Of a DNA stretch of 64,000 nt, positions 37,866 through 47,601 are shown one piece after another. The notes below the pieces were generated by a model. It did not search any database. It saw only the letters and a list, made by a program, of their open reading frames with translations, and had not been told where the DNA came from. Made by a program: the position numbers and the translations under genes. Source of the DNA: Chitinophagaceae bacterium (lineage in GTDB: Bacteria > Bacteroidota > Bacteroidia > Chitinophagales > UBA10324); NCBI GenBank assembly GCA_016717285.1, contig JADKFU010000005.1, positions 1,735,319-1,799,318 on the forward strand. Direction: 5' to 3'. The first letter of the stretch is position 1. Every line of letters starts with the position of its first letter.

Positions 37866-39968
37866 TTACTCAACAACCACTTTTCGAATACTGGAAATTG
37901 AATTTTCTTTTATTTCCAGAAAATATATACCTCTTTCCCATTTGCTTACATCAATCGTAAGCAGTGTCTCTTCATCTGCTTCATTTTTTTTCTGATAAAT
38001 AACCCTTCCCATCATATCCCGAATCACCAGTATGGTTTCGTCTGATGCGTTATCAATAGCTACATTTAAAAAGTTGCTTGCAGGAACCGGGTAAGCATTA
38101 ATAGTCAAGTGCAAATTTTCGTCAATTATAGCAGCAGTTTTTTGAGGAGTAACAAAAGTTTTGATCTCTGAAAATAAAGAGCTGACCAGCGGTGATTTCT
38201 CGCAAACGGTTTTTACTTTCCATTCATAGGTAGTTGCAGGCAGAAGTCCCAGGAGGTTTATTTTGGGAGCCTTTATATTTTTAGTTTGCCATGCTGTAGT
38301 TCCAAGCGGACGGTAATTCACCTTATAACTTATAGCTCCGGTTGCAGGCTGCCAGCTCAAAATCATTTTACCGGGCTTCTTGGTTGCTTTCATGGTAAAG
38401 CCGGAAACACGGCTACACGGATCCCAGTCAAATTTAAAGGTGCGATAGCTTTTCTGACCTGATTCGTCAAAAGTCATTTCCCAGACAATATTTTTATTCA
38501 TATCAACTTCAGTCATATTAGGTATTCCCTTATCGAAATAAATGGTTCCCCAACTGATCATGGTATTTCCATTGGGCAACCGTTGGGCATTACCTGAAGC
38601 ACGCGCAAAAACTTTGTTTCCATTGACATCCGGATGTTCATAAAACCAAACCAGTGTTGCCACTTTATTCACCTCATCTAATTGATATTCTTTGGCACTG
38701 GAAATCTGTATGGGCAGGTAGTTACCGTTATTCAGGATGGTAATGTGGCCATTGGCAATTCTTCTTACGTCATGTTGTTGGTGAAAATGTTCGGGAATAT
38801 TATCATTCACGAAAGTAAACTGATTGTTTTCTCCGCCCATCCTCCAGATAATATCGCCAGTTTCCCGGTTAATCTTCGTTAACTCATCCATATTGCGGCA
38901 GGAGATCAGGATGTTACCGTCAAAATCCCGCTCCACCGTATTTCCATGCACATAATCTACCTGACTGTTGGTTAATGGCGTGTATTGATTGGCATCCGTA
39001 AAAAGAAAATGATCCCAGCTTCTCCATTGAAAGATCACTTCTTTATTAGCATCCAGTTCCTGCACTATCAATCCTTTTACATCTGCAACAGGACTTCCGC
39101 CATAAGCGGTCATATTAATGGTCTGATCATCAAACGCGATTATCAGACTGTGACCATCGGGAAAAATTTGAAAATCATGTCCATTGGTTACAGTCGAGTA
39201 ACCATTCCCACAGGTAAATGAGTCAATTTCATTATAGTTGGAGTCCATAATTTTCCAATGGGAATTAGAATATTGAAAGAAAGTCAGGTAGCCATTGTGA
39301 TTGAGTTGAAATGCATGTCCGCTGCCAACTTCATCTCTGGCAAAAACGAGTGTTCCGTCATTCTCTATAATTGTGGGAAAAGAATTGGAGTCATTTGGAT
39401 CATTTTCATTCTGATTGTCGTAGAAAATTTGTCCGGGAGTTGCATTGTTGTTTACATTAATTACAAATGTTGGAAAGGAGTCAGGAGTTTCAAATTGTTC
39501 TTTTTCTAATTTCTTTGTTGGGTCGTAACCAAATGATTCAATAAAATTATCGAGTCTGCTTTGCCTGTAACGCTCATTTTCTTCAGGCGTTATCTGATTC
39601 CTTGTACTAAATGAAAAGGTCGTGCCTTCAATTCTCGATCCTTTTTCACTTCTCAATTTCGCATTCACTGTAACTGAAATTGTTTCGCCGTAAGCAAATT
39701 CGGGAACAGGATGTACTATAATGGTTTTCCTGTCATCTGATAGTCGCGCATTCCATGCATGTGCGCCGCTCAGTGATCCTGAAATATTCAGCAGTTGCTT
39801 GTCAGATACTGTTGCCTGATCTATAAATTGACCGTTTTTGAGAATGATATTGGTTTCCGGGTTATGATATTGTGAGCCCGGATTCGGACTTATATAGTTG
39901 AATTGTGCCATTGTAGTACTACCAATCAGGCAAAAAGCAAAGAGGGTAGAAATTTTCTTCATCATCAA
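37866..39968 (-). CDS. Arylsulfotransferase (ASST)-like beta-propeller protein, paralogue A: SP - Ig-like - propeller - FN3 - T9SS CTD
   Basis: VDYVHGNTVERDFDGNILISCRNMDELTKINRETGDIIWRMGGENNQFTF..HFHQQHDVRRIANGH..ASGNAQRLPNGNTMISWG fits the ASST/Arylsulfotran_2 pattern as I remember it. FN3-like ILSWQPATGAISYKVNYRPLGTTAWQ. C-terminus GIYFLEIKENSISSIRKVVVE. Confidence 0.7.
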   Translation of the reverse strand: MMMKKISTLFAFCLIGSTTMAQFNYISPNPGSQYHNPETNIILKNGQFIDQATVSDKQLLNISGSLSGAHAWNARLSDDRKTIIVHPVPEFAYGETISVTVNAKLRSEKGSRIEGTTFSFSTRNQITPEENERYRQSRLDNFIESFGYDPTKKLEKEQFETPDSFPTFVINVNNNATPGQIFYDNQNENDPNDSNSFPTIIENDGTLVFARDEVGSGHAFQLNHNGYLTFFQYSNSHWKIMDSNYNEIDSFTCGNGYSTVTNGHDFQIFPDGHSLIIAFDDQTINMTAYGGSPVADVKGLIVQELDANKEVIFQWRSWDHFLFTDANQYTPLTNSQVDYVHGNTVERDFDGNILISCRNMDELTKINRETGDIIWRMGGENNQFTFVNDNIPEHFHQQHDVRRIANGHITILNNGNYLPIQISSAKEYQLDEVNKVATLVWFYEHPDVNGNKVFARASGNAQRLPNGNTMISWGTIYFDKGIPNMTEVDMNKNIVWEMTFDESGQKSYRTFKFDWDPCSRVSGFTMKATKKPGKMILSWQPATGAISYKVNYRPLGTTAWQTKNIKAPKINLLGLLPATTYEWKVKTVCEKSPLVSSLFSEIKTFVTPQKTAAIIDENLHLTINAYPVPASNFLNVAIDNASDETILVIRDMMGRVIYQKKNEADEETLLTIDVSKWERGIYFLEIKENSISSIRKVVVE

Positions 39969-40113
39969 GAATTTATTTTTGAAGCATGCATTGAAAATCC
40001 AAAGAAAGATAAAATTAAAACATCAATAAAAGTATTGATAGCGAATATCTATTGAGAGGAGGAATAACACTTCAGAATGGCTATGGATAAAATGATTGGA
40101 ATTCAATGAAACA

Positions 40114-40143
40114 GGAAAGGCATACCAACAAGGTATGCCTTCC
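40114..40143 (-). terminator. Possible stem-loop downstream of ASST-like paralogue B
   Basis: AAGGCATACC-AACAA-GGTATGCCTT. Only a weak U-run follows. Confidence 0.4.
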
Positions 40144-40173
40144 GAATAAAGTAACAAGATTATAGTACCAGGT

Positions 40174-42300
40174 TTAATGAATTACTAACTGCTGCTTGCT
40201 GACCAGTTTTTCAGTTCTCATCTGAACGGTATAAGCCCCTGCCGGTAATCCTTTTAACTTGATCTCGCGCTGACTTTTTCCTGCAGCAGCTTTAAAGGAT
40301 TCTTCATGAATCTCCTGGCCTAAAGCGTTCGTCAATGAAATCACAATATTTCCGGCCTCTTGTAAATTCAATGAGATCGTAACCCCTGAAACAGCGGGAT
40401 TTGGATAAAGACTAAATGAAGCTGTAGTTTCTTGTTGAACAGGTGCACCTGATCCAATCGTATTAAATTGATGCACGTTTGAAATGGTGGAAGTGTCCGT
40501 AAATTTTTCACAGACTGTATGCACCCTCCAGTCATAAACGGATTGAGGTATCAGATTATCTATGGAAATAAAGTTTTCTGTCGTTGGAATGGTTATCCAA
40601 TCCACTTCAGTGGAAAGCTTATATTCAAAAATATAAGATGAAGAATTATTCGGATCTCCCCAACTAACCACCACAGAATCCGGTTCGTAAAAAGTTGAGG
40701 TTAAAGTGCTGTCTACAGGAACCGCACAACGGATCCATTCAAACTTATAGGTCCGGTAACTTTTTTGCCCGGCTGTATCAAATGTCATTTCCCACACAAT
40801 GTTTTTATTAGAATCAACTTCAGTCATTGAAGGAATATCTTTATTCCAATAAATGGTTCCCCAGCTAATCATCGTGTTACCATTGGGAAGCCGTTGTGCG
40901 TTGCCCGAAGCACGTCCGAACACATGATTTGGTGGAACATCGGGATGTTCATAATACCAAACCAAAGTTGCAATCTTATTCACTTCATCAAGCTGGTATT
41001 CTTTTGCACTGCTGATTTCAGGAGGTAACTTATTGCCATTGTTGAAAAGCGTGATATTTCCATTCGCAATTCTGCGTGCATCGTGCTGCTGACTGAAATG
41101 TTGAGGAATATTATCGTCTACAAAAGTAAATTGATTGTTTTCGCCGCCCATTCTCCAGATAATATCTCCTGTCTGCCTGTTGATTTTAGTTACTTCATCC
41201 ATGTTACGGCAGGAGATTATTACATTTCCATCCAGATCTCTGCTACATGCATTGCCATGTACATAGTCCACTTTAGAGTTAGTAAGTGGTGTCCATTGAT
41301 TTGCATCAGTAAAAAGAAAATGATCCCAACTTCTCCATTGGAAAATGACATCTTTGTTTTGATCAAGTTCCTGGAGAATATATCCTTTCACCAATGCATC
41401 CGGCTGACCTCCATAGGCAGTCATATCAATTGTCAGGTCATTAAAGGCAGGAACATAATAATGGCCATCGGCATACATCTGAAAATCATGTCCGTTGGTT
41501 TCATCATCATAACCATTTCCGCAATGAACAGAATCAATCTCATTATAATTTGAGTCCAGTATTTTCCACCAGGAATAAGCGTAACTATAGTAGCTCAGGT
41601 AACCGCTGGGATTTATTTTAAAATCATGACCATCTTTTCCCTCGTCCCGCGCCCAAACTAATGTGCCGTCATTTTCAATTATGGTTGGAAAGGAATTGGT
41701 GTCTTCTTCGTCAAGTTCCTGCTGTGATCCGTAAAATATTTTTCCGGGTGCAGGGTTGTTATTTATATTGATCTTAAAACTCGGAAATGAATCCGGAGTT
41801 TCAAAAAAACCATCCTGAGGATCGTCATTTGGATCGATTGGTCCAGTTGGTTTAGTTGGATTGTATCCGAACGATTCTATGAAATCTTCCAGCTTATCTT
41901 TTTTGTAACGTGCCTGTTGTTCAGGTGTAATTGCTTTACGGGTCTGAAAACTGAAAGACGTGCCATTGATTACCTCACCTGTACTTTTACGAAGGCCGTT
42001 GTTTACAATTACATATACAGTTTCGTCGTAAGCAAACAGAGGAACAGGTTTAATGACAACAGTTTTATTGTCGTCTGATAAGCGTGCCTTCCAGGTATGA
42101 TTTCCGCTTACAGAACCAACAATCTCAAGCAGGTCAGGATTTGACACCGACTCCGCGTCAATTGTCTGTCCATTGAGCAGAATAATGTTTGTTTGCGGGT
42201 TGTGATATAGTGATCCCGGCATCGGACTTACATAGCTAAATTGAGCGGAAACAATTTGAATGCTAAGTGCGAATGCAAAAAAGGTACAGGTGATTTTCAT
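40174..42300 (-). CDS. ASST-like beta-propeller protein, paralogue B (same architecture)
   Basis: Collinear with paralogue A, with long identical blocks (NSFPTIIENDGTLV, VIFQWRSWDHFLFTDANQ, TGDIIWRMGGENNQFTFV, ASGNAQRLPNGNTMISWGTIY, KNIVWEMTFD). Has a T9SS CTD. Confidence 0.7.
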   Translation of the reverse strand: MKITCTFFAFALSIQIVSAQFSYVSPMPGSLYHNPQTNIILLNGQTIDAESVSNPDLLEIVGSVSGNHTWKARLSDDNKTVVIKPVPLFAYDETVYVIVNNGLRKSTGEVINGTSFSFQTRKAITPEQQARYKKDKLEDFIESFGYNPTKPTGPIDPNDDPQDGFFETPDSFPSFKININNNPAPGKIFYGSQQELDEEDTNSFPTIIENDGTLVWARDEGKDGHDFKINPSGYLSYYSYAYSWWKILDSNYNEIDSVHCGNGYDDETNGHDFQMYADGHYYVPAFNDLTIDMTAYGGQPDALVKGYILQELDQNKDVIFQWRSWDHFLFTDANQWTPLTNSKVDYVHGNACSRDLDGNVIISCRNMDEVTKINRQTGDIIWRMGGENNQFTFVDDNIPQHFSQQHDARRIANGNITLFNNGNKLPPEISSAKEYQLDEVNKIATLVWYYEHPDVPPNHVFGRASGNAQRLPNGNTMISWGTIYWNKDIPSMTEVDSNKNIVWEMTFDTAGQKSYRTYKFEWIRCAVPVDSTLTSTFYEPDSVVVSWGDPNNSSSYIFEYKLSTEVDWITIPTTENFISIDNLIPQSVYDWRVHTVCEKFTDTSTISNVHQFNTIGSGAPVQQETTASFSLYPNPAVSGVTISLNLQEAGNIVISLTNALGQEIHEESFKAAAGKSQREIKLKGLPAGAYTVQMRTEKLVSKQQLVIH

Positions 42301-42379
42301 GTAACAGGTTTTTTAAAGAAGTTCTTTTACTAAAAAGGGATTTTAATGATGAATGATATTGAGTGCCTCCTGAAATTAA

Positions 42380-44518
42380 TTATTGAATCACCAACTGCTC
42401 AGTATGCTGTGATTGGCTGGTAGCTATTTGAACTGTGTATATTCCGCGAGGTAAGAAACCGACGGGAATGGTGAACAAATTCTTGCCTGCAATAGCTTCC
42501 GGTTCATTTTGGTAAACTATTTCGCCAAGTAAATTTATAACGACCAGCTTCAACTTACCGCGCTCCGGCAAATACACAGTTACTGATGTTTGCAATGTTG
42601 CGGGATTAGGATAGATGTTGCAGAGAAGCTTCTTTACAGATGCATTAACGATTCCATCAAAAATTGTGTTAAACACGTGTGTTGCCGTGAAAGCAGAAGA
42701 GTCGTTGTAGGCATCACAAATACCCTGCACACGCCATTCATAAACAGTTTGCGGAATAAGCCCATTGAGTGAAACAGAATTAGTTGAAAGAGTCATAGTA
42801 ATCCAATCTGTTGCGCCAAATGACTTATATTGAAAAATATAAGATGTTGCATTGTTGGAATTATCCCACGACAGATCCACTGAATCCGACCCAACAAAAG
42901 TCGGCATCAAAGAACTGTCCGCAATATATCCGCAACGTATAAAATCAAATTTAAAAGCACGATAAGAAACAAGTGTGCTGTCGGTGTATCTTAATTCCCA
43001 TACAATATTACCTGCACTGTCAACTTCCGATACATTCGGATAGGGAGCAAAGTTCGGATTGGTAAGCAAGCCCCAGCCGATTAACCAGTTCCCATTCGGT
43101 AAGAGTTGTACACTTCCCATTGCTCTTCCATAAACATAATAATCAAAGGCTTCGTTATAACCTACTACTTTAGGATGCACATATTCCCAAACAAGCGTTG
43201 CTGTTTTTGTAACCTGGTCCAATGAAAAAATCTTTGCCCCTGATGCCTGGGGAATCTGATAATTCGCATTATTAAACATCGAATAATTGCCATCTGGCAA
43301 CAATCGAAAATGATGTTGATAGTAAAAATGAGTAGGGCCCGGATCGTTGATGAAAGTAAATTCGTTGTTTTCACCGCCCATCTGCCATATGATGTCGCCG
43401 GTGGACCGATTAATTTTCAGAATGGCACTCAAATGCCTGCAGGAAACCAATAGGTTGCCATCAACATCTATGTCAATGGAATTTCCGTGTACATAATCAA
43501 TTTCAAGACATGTGAGACAAACCTGCATCACCGCATCTGTAATCTCCAGATAATCCCAGCTTCTCCATTGAAAAATAACATTGTCGTTTTCATCTAATTC
43601 CTGAATTACCAGCCCTGATACAACGGCATCAGTGGCTCCGCCTGAAACAATCACAGACATATCGATGATCTGCGGATCATAACTCATCAGAAAAGAATGA
43701 CCATTAGGATACACAAGAAATTCATGCTCATCACAGGGATATCCATTCCCCATGTGAAATTTCTTGATTTCGTTATAGGCAGAATCCATCATCACAAAGG
43801 TGCTGTCACCTTTATCAAAATACGTAAGGTATCCGTTATAATTAATTTTGAAATCAATACCAGCGAATTCATCAAAGACGGCATATACGGAATCTCCTTC
43901 ATTGCTGGCAATGTGTCGCGAAAAACAAATATTATCGTTAAGGCGCTGATTGCGCATAAACACGGGGGCATTATATTCATTGCCAGTTGAAGTAATCTCA
44001 AGTTCAGGATAAATACAATCGGGCTGTAATTTATTTGCCGCTCCATTTCCGGAATCTGTTGAGGAAAGTTCGTTTCCGTATTCTTCTTCGCGAATGTGTT
44101 TTCCTGCCAGATGAATGGCCTCAATAGTTGCGGCATCCCTGGCAGGATGTATTTGGAAGGTAAAGCTTGTGCCTTTCACTTCTTCCCCGGACTTTATTTT
44201 AAATCCATCTGCTATAATTACGGTAACGGTTTCATCAAATTCAAACTTTACGGTAGGATAGAAGAGGATTGTTTTTTGATCGTTTGAAAGCACGATCTTA
44301 AAGGCATGTACTCCGCTTATGGATCCGGTAATTTGTACTAACTCAGTCTTCAGAGAATGCTGGTCCATCTCACTGCCGGATTTCAAAATGATATTGGTCT
44401 CCGGATTGTGATACAGACTGTTCGGTTTAGGAGAGATATATTCAAACTGCGCAAAAATACTTCCGGCAAAAAATAAATTCAGAAAAAGTGTCAGTACAAT
44501 ACTAGAGAATAAATTCAT
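42380..44518 (-). CDS. ASST-like beta-propeller protein, paralogue C (more divergent)
   Basis: VIFQWRSWDYLEITDA, IDYVHGNSIDIDVDGNLLVSCRHLSAILKINRSTGDIIWQMGGENNEFTF, and HFYYQHHFRLLPDGN (QQHD replaced by YQHH). FN3 plus T9SS CTD. Confidence 0.7.
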   Translation of the reverse strand: MNLFSSIVLTLFLNLFFAGSIFAQFEYISPKPNSLYHNPETNIILKSGSEMDQHSLKTELVQITGSISGVHAFKIVLSNDQKTILFYPTVKFEFDETVTVIIADGFKIKSGEEVKGTSFTFQIHPARDAATIEAIHLAGKHIREEEYGNELSSTDSGNGAANKLQPDCIYPELEITSTGNEYNAPVFMRNQRLNDNICFSRHIASNEGDSVYAVFDEFAGIDFKINYNGYLTYFDKGDSTFVMMDSAYNEIKKFHMGNGYPCDEHEFLVYPNGHSFLMSYDPQIIDMSVIVSGGATDAVVSGLVIQELDENDNVIFQWRSWDYLEITDAVMQVCLTCLEIDYVHGNSIDIDVDGNLLVSCRHLSAILKINRSTGDIIWQMGGENNEFTFINDPGPTHFYYQHHFRLLPDGNYSMFNNANYQIPQASGAKIFSLDQVTKTATLVWEYVHPKVVGYNEAFDYYVYGRAMGSVQLLPNGNWLIGWGLLTNPNFAPYPNVSEVDSAGNIVWELRYTDSTLVSYRAFKFDFIRCGYIADSSLMPTFVGSDSVDLSWDNSNNATSYIFQYKSFGATDWITMTLSTNSVSLNGLIPQTVYEWRVQGICDAYNDSSAFTATHVFNTIFDGIVNASVKKLLCNIYPNPATLQTSVTVYLPERGKLKLVVINLLGEIVYQNEPEAIAGKNLFTIPVGFLPRGIYTVQIATSQSQHTEQLVIQ

Positions 44519-44940
44519 ATTCGGGTATTCGTTTTGTGTTAGTAAAAAAGCTTCATGAAGAAATTTTCCGCGGGCCTAAAATCCGATTCGTTAAGTTGTT
44601 TTTATAAACTTATGAGCTATCGATCAACCCTGTTGCCGGATCAAAAAACGGTGCAAATTAACTGATTTTTAAGAATTGATTTCTAACTTAATCCACACAG
44701 TATCTTAAGCAGTACTAAAAAGGTAACAAAGGAAGTTATGAAATGTTTGTTTTTATCATGCATGCGATCAGGTCCAATGCATTAAAAGTTGTCCAACATT
44801 GCGCATCTTTCGGAATGAGTCATCATCACACATTATACTTTATCGGTAATCATGATTAAATCACTTTAATAAAATAGTTTTCCTCCTTGTTTTTTCTTTC
44901 TAATTTTGAAATGCTTTTTTAACCTAAACAAACATACCCC

Positions 44941-46113
44941 ATGAAAAAAACTTTTCTCTTCTTAATGGTATTTGCTTTTAGTATTCATTCTTACGCTCTT
45001 ACTTCCATCACTACAAAAAAAGTGCTTGATGGTCCTTTTTGCGGCGGTGCTGCTTTAACCGTCGGCTATGATATAGATGCATCGGCCATCACCGGGAATG
45101 TATTTACCGCTCAGTTGAGTGACAAGGACGGAAATTTTGCATCCCCGACAACAATAGGTTCTGTTACAAAAAAAAATAGCGGAAACATTTCCTGCACGCT
45201 ACCTGCGGGATTGGTAACCAGTAAAAAGTACAAAATCAGGGTTATCTCAAGCACTCCTGCTGTTATAGGGTCGCCTTGCGCTAACAATGTATCGATCAAT
45301 CCCAAACCGAATGAATTATCGGCCAGTGGCATCACAGCTTGTGAGATTACGCTTAATTGGGCAAGCGTGTCAACCGCCGCTTCCTATAAGGTACAATACA
45401 GAGTTGCCGGTACCACCGATTGGTCTTCAAGTATTGATGCGGCATTAGCAAACAGTTACACTTTTAGCGGGCTGGCTTCATCAACCACTTACGACCTTCA
45501 GGTTCGTGCAATTTGTGAAAATGGTGAAAAGAGCGATTGGTCAAAGGTTACTAAAACCACCAGCGCCTGTCCTATACCAACAAGTTTCATTGTTACAGAT
45601 ATTGGATTAACAACTTCTTCTCTGAATTGGAATGATGCGCTATGTTCAACAGGCTATTTGTTCCAGTATCGCGCTTTTGGTGAACCCGACTGGATTCCAC
45701 TTACAACTTCTACCAGCAATATAAATTTGACTGGTCTTTCTGCCGCTACCTTGTATGAAGCCCAGGTGGCCAATGATTGTGGAATCACTAATTCTGCCTA
45801 CACCGCTTCCATTATCTGGGAAACACAATATTTCAAAGTGGCAGGTAGTGCTGAGATGGAAGCATCTTTCAAAGTATTTCCAAATCCTTCCACCGGAACA
45901 TTTGTTGTTAGATATAGCAACCAGACTGCAAATGCACCGGTTGAAATTAATGTTCAAAACATGTACGGCCAGGTTGTCTTCAGTGCTGAAAGGCAATCAA
46001 CTGAAGGTGTTAATGAAGAGAAAATTGAACTTAGGAATGCTACGGCAGGACTTTATTTCGTGAGTATCAGATCAGAAGGTAAGGAATTCAAAACTTCATT
46101 GATGATTAAATAA
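44941..46113 (+). CDS. Secreted FN3-repeat protein with T9SS CTD
   Basis: Signal peptide MKKTFLFLMVFAFSIHSYA. The N-terminal module is homologous to the end of CDS 1..2621 (VFTAQLSDKDGNFASPTTIGS). There are three FN3-like repeats (ITLNWASVSTAASYKVQYRVAGTTDW and others). C-terminus GLYFVSIRSEGKEFKTSLMIK. Confidence 0.7.
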   Translation: MKKTFLFLMVFAFSIHSYALTSITTKKVLDGPFCGGAALTVGYDIDASAITGNVFTAQLSDKDGNFASPTTIGSVTKKNSGNISCTLPAGLVTSKKYKIRVISSTPAVIGSPCANNVSINPKPNELSASGITACEITLNWASVSTAASYKVQYRVAGTTDWSSSIDAALANSYTFSGLASSTTYDLQVRAICENGEKSDWSKVTKTTSACPIPTSFIVTDIGLTTSSLNWNDALCSTGYLFQYRAFGEPDWIPLTTSTSNINLTGLSAATLYEAQVANDCGITNSAYTASIIWETQYFKVAGSAEMEASFKVFPNPSTGTFVVRYSNQTANAPVEINVQNMYGQVVFSAERQSTEGVNEEKIELRNATAGLYFVSIRSEGKEFKTSLMIK

Positions 46114-46136
46114 ATATCAAAAAACTTCAGAAAAAA

Positions 46137-46163
46137 ATCCCGGCAAGTCCGGGATTTTTTTTT
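46137..46163 (+). terminator. Rho-independent (bidirectional) terminator
   Basis: An A-run, then ATCCCGG-CAAGT-CCGGGAT, then T9. Confidence 0.75.
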
Positions 46164-46289
46164 GGAGCTATGTGTAAAAACCCACATTCAACCGGAATTT
46201 TTAAATGAAATATCTCGCTACGACTTATTGATTCCCTATTTGCAACCTGAAAACCCGGATGAATAAAACGATCATCATTTGAGTGATAA

Positions 46290-47486
46290 TTAGTTACTGC
46301 TAAACCTTGATGTATTTGGGTGAAACTGCTGCCATGAATGCCAGAATTCCTGGTAAGCCGGAAGTATCGAAAGTTTACTTCCACTTAATGGTCCTGCAAC
46401 ACATTCGCCTTTGTAGTTCCAGGTTGAATTTGTGTTCGAATCATAAAATACGTTTCCTGAATCACTTTTGACAAAGTTCAGTGTATTTTCATTCACAATT
46501 CTGCTCCACACATGAAAAGTCATCAGGTCTTCTTCTATCACCAAAAGAAGTGGCACTTCATTTAAAGTATCATTCAGAAGTAGTTCTTGTTTCAACTGCA
46601 TCCAGTCATAAGCACGCGACTTGGTTGCAATGTTGATTCCAATCACCCACGATTTTGGCTCCCACGAGTTATGCGATGTTCCTTCGAGACTACCGTTGAT
46701 AGTTCCATAATCAAACCCTTCGAGTGAAGCATATTCTTTCTTGAAATCCGGATCAGGCTGCATAATTCTTGTTTGTGGAAACCTGTTGATCCATGCCTTA
46801 AGTGTCATTTGCTGCGAGGGGAGTTCTGTAAGGAATTTACCTTTTTGCATTCCTGCTACAGCCTCTCCGTTTTCCTGCCTCCACCAGCTCTTCGTTTCCG
46901 CATCTTCCAGCATTGCATTGAAATGGTCCATGCCCACAAGCCGGAAGTCCTGGAATTTTCCATCAATTATCGGACTATAAACACGACCGGTTCTGCAAAC
47001 AGAGCAATAAGTAATCAATACAGGAGTGCCACCAACTGTATCGTACACTTTATGATGATAGGCGATTATCTGGATCGGATAGCAACTGGCTGCTCCATTT
47101 ATTTCACACCCTGTCACTAATTGATTTTCGTTTACAGCATTATCAGTTACATTAGCAAAAATCCTATGATGAGGAGTCAGAAACATTTTATCTGCCTGCA
47201 TCACCTGTGTTGTTAAATAGAAAACAATTCCTGCGAATCCGGCTAATAATACAACCATAATTTTTTGCCACCATTTCCCACTTAATATAAATCTGTATAA
47301 AGGAATAGCAATAATTATTACTCCGGTTATTCTGAATAAAAGAATATAACGATGCAAAAAATAAGCAATGCTTACGGTATCTGAGTTTTGGCTTCCCGGA
47401 AATGGCATAATAAAATATATACGAAGCAATTCAGGTATCACCAATAGCAACCATCCTGATAAGAATACTAAAACTGATTTCATCAT
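46290..47486 (-). CDS. DUF3179-like membrane-anchored protein
   Basis: N-terminal TM helices, then PVLITYCSVCRTGRVYSP...FRLVGMDHFNAMLEDAETKSWWRQENGEAVAG, resembling the DUF3179 core. Family assigned from memory. Confidence 0.6.
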   Translation of the reverse strand: MMKSVLVFLSGWLLLVIPELLRIYFIMPFPGSQNSDTVSIAYFLHRYILLFRITGVIIIAIPLYRFILSGKWWQKIMVVLLAGFAGIVFYLTTQVMQADKMFLTPHHRIFANVTDNAVNENQLVTGCEINGAASCYPIQIIAYHHKVYDTVGGTPVLITYCSVCRTGRVYSPIIDGKFQDFRLVGMDHFNAMLEDAETKSWWRQENGEAVAGMQKGKFLTELPSQQMTLKAWINRFPQTRIMQPDPDFKKEYASLEGFDYGTINGSLEGTSHNSWEPKSWVIGINIATKSRAYDWMQLKQELLLNDTLNEVPLLLVIEEDLMTFHVWSRIVNENTLNFVKSDSGNVFYDSNTNSTWNYKGECVAGPLSGSKLSILPAYQEFWHSWQQFHPNTSRFSSN

Positions 47487-47601
47487 TTTTTTTCAGGCTG
47501 CGAAACTAATCAATCAGCGATTAGCAGGAGGTTGGAGGAAAACATTTCCAAATAGTAAAAGCTGATTATAGAAACACCGGATTTGATCTTTCTTATAAAG
47601 T

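Noticed and set aside
41083-41553. 156-aa plus-strand ORF inside ASST-like paralogue B, with similar ones in A and C.
   Set aside because: It is antisense to a well-supported paralogous gene family and has no independent signals.
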